Shown piece by piece: positions 58,023 to 64,000 of a stretch of DNA of 64,000 bases; within the stretch, counting starts at the first letter, position 1, and each line of letters opens with the position of its first letter. The notes beneath the pieces were generated by a model. That model was not told where the DNA came from. It ran no database searches and worked only from the letters and a program-made list of their open reading frames with translations. Location of the stretch: assembly GCA_038821645.1 (NCBI GenBank), contig JAWBDT010000005.1:1-64000 (forward strand), read 5' to 3'. Position numbers and translations under genes: made by a program. The stretch is from Ignisphaera sp. (lineage in GTDB: Archaea; Thermoproteota; Thermoprotei_A; Sulfolobales; Ignisphaeraceae).

Positions 58023-60902
58023 ATGATGGAAGTTCTAGGAGAAGATGACATTAAACGATTATTAAATGCTGTGGGATTCTATTCTCCAACTCTTGTTCAA
58101 AAAATTGCAATACCAAGGATACTGAGTCACGAACTAGACATAATAATAGTTGCTCCTACAGGTAGTGGTAAGACTGAAGCTGCTATTTTGCCCCTTATGT
58201 ATAAATTAACATTAAAAGGTGTAAATAATAATAGTGGTGTTAAAATACTCTATATAACTCCTCTGAGAGCTCTAAATAGAGATATATATCGTAGAATTGA
58301 ACGAATTGCATCAATCTTTAAGTTAAATGTAGATGTATGGCATGGCGATACCTCTCCAAGTGCTAGAAAAAGAGTCCTAAAGAACCCTCCTAATATCTTG
58401 ATTACTACTCCAGAAAGTCTTCAAATATTGTTAATTAAGGAAAGAATGCGAGATAGCTTCCGTAGCTTATATGCTGTTGTAGTAGACGAAGCACAAGATA
58501 TTTTACCAAATGAACGAGGAACAGAACTTGTTGTAGCTCTTGAGAGACTCGATGAAATTGTCGGTAGACATGTGAGGAGATTGCTTATTTCTTCACCATT
58601 AGGTAATGTAGATTCCATTGCTCATTATTTTTTCTCGGGCAGAAGATATGATGTGGTGTATGTTAAAGGTTCTAAGGAATATGACATAGAGGTATTGGTT
58701 TCAGATAACTCGTACAATGATGGAGAATTTGATGTCGATAATGTTGTAGCATTCCTATGCAACAACATCTTAGGTAATGAAGCTCCGAGACAAGTTCTCT
58801 TGTTTGCCAATACGCGTGTCACAGCAGAAGAACTTGGCTACAGTCTATCTAAATGCTTAGATAAGGATGTTATAGCCTTGCATCATAGTTCCTTATCTAG
58901 AGATATAAGAGAATTGGTTGAAGAGATGTTCAAGAAAGGAGACTTACGTATTGTTGTTGCTACATCTAGTCTCGAACTAGGTATAGATGTGGGTGGCGTA
59001 GATATGGTTATACAGTACATGTCTCCTAGACAAGCATTAAAGCTTGTACAAAGAGTTGGTAGAGCTGGACATCGAGAACAAGCTGTATCTAAGGGAGTTA
59101 TAGTAGTTCCACCACTTGTTACAGAGTTAATGGAATCCCTAATTATAGCTCGTAGAGCCATGAGGGGCTTCCTAGAACGTTTAAACTATCATATAGCACC
59201 ACTTGACGTACTTGCTCATCAAATAGTTGGTATAATTCTAGAGAGGGGACATGCTAATATAGAGGAGATATGGAGAATTATCACAAAAGCTACTCCGTTC
59301 AACTCTATAACATTATCACAGATCGAAGCTGTAGTAGATTTTCTCAATACGATTGGTATAATCAAGTGTGAAAATAGAGAATGTATGTACACTAAAAGAG
59401 GACTTATATACTATGTATCAACAAATATGATTCCTGACACTAATCACTATGAAGCTAAATCTCTCCTAGATAGGAAGACTGTGGGATTTCTTGATGAAGA
59501 ATTTGTATTAACTTGCAATGAGGATGATGTTATTGTTTTAGCCGGTAAGTTATGGAGAGTAGTTGGAGTTGATGTAGAGAATAGAGAGGTAGTAGTTTTA
59601 CCTATAGAATCGTCTGATCAAGAGATTCTACCTAAATGGGTCGGAGAAACTATTCCGGTTCATAGAAATGTTGCACGTGAAGTCTGTGCCTTTGCTAGAA
59701 GATTTTGTACTTGTGATACCGATATTTGTGTAGATAGATTAATGGATGAGTATAGAGCTAGTGAGATTGTAAGGGAATTTTTTAAAAAGAATAGAGAAAA
59801 GATTTGCCGAATATACCCTAGGGATGACACTATTGTTGTAGAAGTATTTCGTATGCAAAGAGAGAATAAATCATTACTCGCCTTCTACACATGTCTAGGT
59901 ACGAAAGCTTCTGAAGCATTCTCCATATTGCTAGAGTATCTAGTAAAGTATGAATTAGGTGTATCAGTAGCATATAAGTCACATCAGTTGGGTACTGTTC
60001 TATTCGTCAATAGTTTACTCAGTAAGAATGACTTAATCAAGATTTTTAAGAAACTTCATCAAATAGCTAGAGCTCCTGATGAAGTAACAGAAATCATTAA
60101 AAATGTGGTTAAGAATAGTTCTTTATTTAAATGGAGATTAGTAAGTGTTGCCAAGAAACTAGGTATCATAGGTAAGGAAGTTGAGGCAATTAACGTGAAA
60201 AGAATTATTGAAGGTTTATCTAATATCGATATCGTTGTTTCAGAAGCTTTGAGGGAACTCTATTTAGATAAAATCGATATAGATGAACTTCTAAGATTTC
60301 TTCAAAATATTGCTAAGGGTAAAATCAAAGTCAAAATAATCATTTCTTCAAAGGCATCACCATTTATTGAAGAAATTGCTGCATTAAGTGTGTTTAGAAC
60401 CTTAGTTAAATATTCAATACTTCCTCGCGAAACTATGATTGAAATTGTTAAGAGAAGACTTCTTGAAACTGAAATCAAATTGTTCTGCACCTCTTGTTAC
60501 AATACATGGAGTATAAACTTGAAAGAAAGGCTAAGTTCGTGTAGTTCGTTATTCTCTTGCTCTATAGTATGTCCTTATTGTGGATCCATGGCTATAACGT
60601 TAGTTAATCAAGCCGATGAAACACGCTTACTCAAGAAAGTATTTGAAAAACTCAGGAGAAGTAGTTATGAAGATGTCAAGTTTCTACAAATAGAGAAAGA
60701 GATTTTAGATAAACATCGAAAACTAGTAGATTTTATTATGAGTCATGGGGTAGCAGGAGTTATAGCGCTTCAAGGTATTGGTATAGGTATTGAAGCTGCG
60801 AAACGTATTATAGCTAAGTCTTCAGATCTTGATACACTAATAATGAATATCATAGATCAGGAAAAAACATTCTTAAGGACTGCAAGATATTGGAGGAAAT
60901 AA
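58023..60902 (+). CDS. lhr: Lhr-family SF2 helicase with C-terminal zinc ribbon
   Basis: 'APTGSGKTEAA', 'YITPLRALNRD', 'TTPESL', 'DEAQ', 'TSSLELGIDVG', 'QRVGRAGH', 'LDVLAHQI'. Confidence 0.92.
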   Translation: MMEVLGEDDIKRLLNAVGFYSPTLVQKIAIPRILSHELDIIIVAPTGSGKTEAAILPLMYKLTLKGVNNNSGVKILYITPLRALNRDIYRRIERIASIFKLNVDVWHGDTSPSARKRVLKNPPNILITTPESLQILLIKERMRDSFRSLYAVVVDEAQDILPNERGTELVVALERLDEIVGRHVRRLLISSPLGNVDSIAHYFFSGRRYDVVYVKGSKEYDIEVLVSDNSYNDGEFDVDNVVAFLCNNILGNEAPRQVLLFANTRVTAEELGYSLSKCLDKDVIALHHSSLSRDIRELVEEMFKKGDLRIVVATSSLELGIDVGGVDMVIQYMSPRQALKLVQRVGRAGHREQAVSKGVIVVPPLVTELMESLIIARRAMRGFLERLNYHIAPLDVLAHQIVGIILERGHANIEEIWRIITKATPFNSITLSQIEAVVDFLNTIGIIKCENRECMYTKRGLIYYVSTNMIPDTNHYEAKSLLDRKTVGFLDEEFVLTCNEDDVIVLAGKLWRVVGVDVENREVVVLPIESSDQEILPKWVGETIPVHRNVAREVCAFARRFCTCDTDICVDRLMDEYRASEIVREFFKKNREKICRIYPRDDTIVVEVFRMQRENKSLLAFYTCLGTKASEAFSILLEYLVKYELGVSVAYKSHQLGTVLFVNSLLSKNDLIKIFKKLHQIARAPDEVTEIIKNVVKNSSLFKWRLVSVAKKLGIIGKEVEAINVKRIIEGLSNIDIVVSEALRELYLDKIDIDELLRFLQNIAKGKIKVKIIISSKASPFIEEIAALSVFRTLVKYSILPRETMIEIVKRRLLETEIKLFCTSCYNTWSINLKERLSSCSSLFSCSIVCPYCGSMAITLVNQADETRLLKKVFEKLRRSSYEDVKFLQIEKEILDKHRKLVDFIMSHGVAGVIALQGIGIGIEAAKRIIAKSSDLDTLIMNIIDQEKTFLRTARYWRK

Positions 60903-60982
60903 AATAATCATTAATGCCATCGAGATTCTCTACATCATTCATCAGATTACAGTATAATTACACTTTATATACTGATTAAATA

Positions 60983-61267
60983 TTGTGGGAGACAATGGAT
61001 ATAGTACAATTAATTAGAGATTTAATAGGAAAAGTAGTTATAATTTCATGGATGTTGTTTCTACTAACGTGGATAATTGGATGGGCTATCAAGGGATCTC
61101 CCATCCCTTCAAGTAAGATTAGGAGAGTGGGACAAGGTTTAATAGAGGACGCTATTTGGGGCGCCTTTTGGGTTGCTATTGGAACCTCTATCTTTTGGTT
61201 AATATCGTACATATCTTCAGCTATCGGAAATGTACTACCAAAGCCACCTGTACCTGAACTACCTTAA
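60983..61267 (+). CDS. cedA1: DNA import protein CedA1 (pilin-like, VirB2 analogue)
   Basis: 'LTWIIGWAIKGSPIP...IRRVGQGLIEDAIWGAFWVAIG'; two TMs; upstream of cedA. Confidence 0.88.
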   Translation: MWETMDIVQLIRDLIGKVVIISWMLFLLTWIIGWAIKGSPIPSSKIRRVGQGLIEDAIWGAFWVAIGTSIFWLISYISSAIGNVLPKPPVPELP

Positions 61268-61285
61268 CATTAGTCAGGTGCTACA

Positions 61286-62668
61286 ATGCATCTACTTTTA
61301 ACATCATTTTATTTATCGATTCTAACATTCTATCTAGGTGTTTTTATCTATGCACTACCTATACCCATAACTGGCCTTAAGAGGTGGGGCCCTAGATTAA
61401 TAAATGATGCATTCTTTATAGCCATTCTTTCTACAACTATAGATAGTATCATAGGTTTTGCTGACTACTTAAGACATACTTTAGGAGGTAATTGGACATA
61501 TTATATACACGCCGTTAGGGGTTTAATAATGTATAGAACAACCCTCATAACTGTTTTAAGTATACTGAAAGACTACATATTAAAGGTTGTTCCAGGTGTA
61601 TCAAGACTTCTATCAATAGGTATAAACATCCTTACAGCATCACTATATGCATTACTACTCATGTACTTTCTCGCTTTACTGGTTTATTATAACATTGGGG
61701 TACTCTCATCTTTGGGTATAACATTAATGGCTATACCATTCAGAATAGCTAGGAGTGCAGGTGCATTTCTTCTATCATTTACACTTGTGCTCTATTTAGC
61801 TTTACCCTTGTATCCAAATTTCGTGTCAATTCTTTCTGTACCACTTTCACATTCATTTCTAGATGTTACAGTAATATATGGTAATATTGTTACCGATTTA
61901 GGCTATAGAGTTCTAGAAGGATATGTAGGTCTTGAAGTAGAGAATAAATATATAGGTCCAGCAAAACTTGCACCTAACGGACATATGCTCCTAATAGTTA
62001 ATAAAAAGTATCTAGACAAACCATCAACATTATATTTTGATGCATCTAGTCATAGATTCTATACAAACTTAACAAACATCATTCTATCAAATTTATGTCT
62101 AAATCGATCTACACTAAATATGTGTAGAATAGATGTAGCAGTTAAAGGATTACTCTACTACAGAAAAGGTATGACTATACATATGACACCTCAACCACAA
62201 TTCTTAGAAATATTGGAGATAGAGAGCAACTCTATCTCTTTTAAGGTTAAGCTTCAATCAAATGGAAGTCTCTACCTCTCTATAGTAAATCAATACAAAA
62301 TAAATCTAATATCTATAAACAATACCATCAATATAGATGATTTAGCAAAATATAGAGCCTATGGTTGGATATGGTATAACGTTCCAGGAAATACATATGT
62401 AATTCCACTAACACCAGGGATCTATACCATACATCTAAAGTTTGAAGTAAGTTCCTTAGAAGGACTAGAACCATCTACAGATCATTTGTATCCTATCAAT
62501 ATATATGAACTACAGTCAGAGACCGTAGGCGATATTATGGATATACTCACCTATACTTCATATGTAGAAGTTATCTCATCTCTACTATATCTTTCGTTAC
62601 TCATGTCAACATCTTATGGTTTATCGAAACTACTAGGTAGTACTACAAGACTTAGGCTGATACCATGA
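61286..62668 (+). CDS. cedA: DNA import membrane protein CedA with a long soluble insertion
   Basis: 'LTFYLGVFIYALPIP..GLKRWGPRLINDA', 'GITLMAIPFRIARSAGAFL...Y.ALP', final TM 'Y..LL....YGLS..LG'. Confidence 0.88.
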   Translation: MHLLLTSFYLSILTFYLGVFIYALPIPITGLKRWGPRLINDAFFIAILSTTIDSIIGFADYLRHTLGGNWTYYIHAVRGLIMYRTTLITVLSILKDYILKVVPGVSRLLSIGINILTASLYALLLMYFLALLVYYNIGVLSSLGITLMAIPFRIARSAGAFLLSFTLVLYLALPLYPNFVSILSVPLSHSFLDVTVIYGNIVTDLGYRVLEGYVGLEVENKYIGPAKLAPNGHMLLIVNKKYLDKPSTLYFDASSHRFYTNLTNIILSNLCLNRSTLNMCRIDVAVKGLLYYRKGMTIHMTPQPQFLEILEIESNSISFKVKLQSNGSLYLSIVNQYKINLISINNTINIDDLAKYRAYGWIWYNVPGNTYVIPLTPGIYTIHLKFEVSSLEGLEPSTDHLYPINIYELQSETVGDIMDILTYTSYVEVISSLLYLSLLMSTSYGLSKLLGSTTRLRLIP

Positions 62669-62835
62669 TACTAAATGAACTTCGCAACAAAATAATACTA
62701 TTCAACTTAGTAATGATTATTCTATTTGTTATGATTATGATTAAATATAACGAAGACTTCAACCTAATTAACCTTATTCTATTATTAGGAGTATCAATAT
62801 CATCCTACATACTTTTAGAAAAATACAGAAAATAG
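62665..62835 (+). CDS. 56-aa two-TM protein, probable CedA2
   Basis: MILNELRNKIILFNLVMIILFVMIMIKYNEDFNLINLILLLGVSISSYILLEKYRK; ATGA overlap with the cedA stop; absent from the ORF track. Confidence 0.65.
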   Translation: MILNELRNKIILFNLVMIILFVMIMIKYNEDFNLINLILLLGVSISSYILLEKYRK

Positions 62836-62977
62836 TAATCTGATTTTTATTGTATAGAACAAACTTCTTAGCCATGAACATTTAAACTTAATAACTAAGT
62901 AATTCGAATTCTATAACAAACCTGGTAATACATAATTCAAATACTAAAATCCGTAGTATACTCTGTGATTAAAGTTA

Positions 62978-63030
62978 GTTGATGAATCTACCCGAAATCT
63001 GATGCATGATGAATTTGCCAAGTTCTGAAA
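62978..63030 (+). ncRNA. C/D-box sRNA candidate (23S rRNA guide)
   Basis: TTGATGA-ATCTACCCGAAAT-CTGA-tgc-ATGATGA-ATTTGCCAAGTT-CTGA. Confidence 0.85.
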
Positions 63031-63411
63031 CGTAATGCAACTGTTTCAGGGTTCATAATGATTTATAAGGGTTGATATATGTTGCTTTATCGTGAATTGA
63101 ACCTATTCCCAAGGCAAATGGGCAACAAAAATTCAAGTAGATGGGTATCCAATATCAGGATGTGATATTTCCCTACAACTATGAATTCAATGGAGATGTG
63201 GTGTAGATTTAAGGTTGCTCCAAATGAGTGGAGATCAACGACATAGACTTCAATGAAACACGCTCGAAGCTCATGAAAACAAGGATCAATATTAGATTAC
63301 ATCAACTACATGAAATCTAAACCTCTATTAGTTAATAACTGAAACAGTTATTAGTTTTAGTATACGATAACGCTATCTTGATGATCATTATGTAACAAGG
63401 GTGTATTATCT

Positions 63412-63693
63412 ATGTATATCCAAAACATTAAGAGAGAGAAATATATTAATATATTTGTTTTACTTAAAGAGAGTGAGAACCTTAAAGATTTGATTAGGAT
63501 CATAGATAGTATTTGCATACCTAAGTTATGTAAATATGATATAAAGAAGAGCTTTATAGATAACTTCATCTACATAAAGGTATATAGCGTTGCTTCACCA
63601 TTGAAAGACTTTAAGCAAGAGGTAGAGAAGGCACTAGAGAAACTTAAGGACTATATATCGTGGATGAAAGTAGAGGTTATTGAAGTTAAATAG
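63412..63693 (+). CDS. Hypothetical small protein (possible ferredoxin/ACT-like fold)
   Basis: 93-aa ORF with an alternating strand/helix pattern; no motif recognised. Confidence 0.45.
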   Translation: MYIQNIKREKYINIFVLLKESENLKDLIRIIDSICIPKLCKYDIKKSFIDNFIYIKVYSVASPLKDFKQEVEKALEKLKDYISWMKVEVIEVK

Positions 63694-64000
63694 GCTTTCT
63701 ACAAATTTGTATTCAATTATGAGAAAGACTGATATTAGTCTTGTCCATAGGAACTAATGAACTTTTTCTATATTCAGCTATTATTCTCTACTATCCCCAC
63801 AATTAATATATTGAAGGTTAACTTCATAAAACATACAATAGTATTTTGTTGATCATAAAATTATCCACATTGAGTCATATATCTGACATCACTCTTGAGG
63901 TAGTAATAACGAGAGAAGCTATATAATTTAGCATGAAAGCTCTATGGATATCAAATATTCATGATATCAGGGGTAGCAACTATACTATTCCTCTACTTCA

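Noticed and set aside
60905-60965. Minus-strand CTGA-tga-ATGATG, possible C/D sRNA
   Set aside because: Outer C and D boxes too degenerate to support
569-61212. Many 60-155-aa ORFs antisense to or inside confident genes (e.g. 1051-1431, 5901-6269, 45593-46060, 60976-61212)
   Set aside because: Shadow frames with no motifs or translation signals
63060-63350. Slightly GC-richer stretch with short open frames
   Set aside because: No frame gives a recognisable protein; possible pseudogene debris but not supportable
1-64000. CRISPR array or rRNA gene
   Set aside because: No regularly spaced 24-40-bp repeats and no long GC-rich rRNA-like segment seen

Overview
AT-rich chromosomal window from a hyperthermophilic crenarchaeon (Thermoproteota, Desulfurococcales-like), judged from Rpo8, Rpo13, L13e, two PCNA paralogs, Ced genes, FBP aldolase/phosphatase and SmAP3. 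Most of it is housekeeping: fragmented ribosomal-protein operons, secY, PINA-hjc, tpiA-fbp-ABCE1, thermosome, tgtA, sufS, the PCNA-priS-GINS-L44e-S27e-aIF2a-nop10 cluster and lhr-cedA1-cedA-cedA2. It also holds an intron-containing tRNA-Gln(CUG) and four C/D-box sRNA candidates. Highlights: (1) a tnpA-less tnpB element inserted into the terminal hairpin of an IS200/IS605-type miniature element, which would make its predicted guide the conserved transposon-end palindrome itself; (2) a five-gene operon of large class III signal-peptide (type IV pilin-like) proteins in two paralog groups; (3) two conserved genes (urm1/SAMP and tgtA) that appear to start at ATA; (4) small ORFs missed by the ORF track, including a 24-aa Glu/Trp peptide before ABCE1 and a 36-aa basic peptide before rpl3; (5) swapped rps19/rpl2 order; (6) an IS607 TnpB with His in place of the RuvC-III Asp. 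All calls come from motif recognition by eye; no database searches were run.
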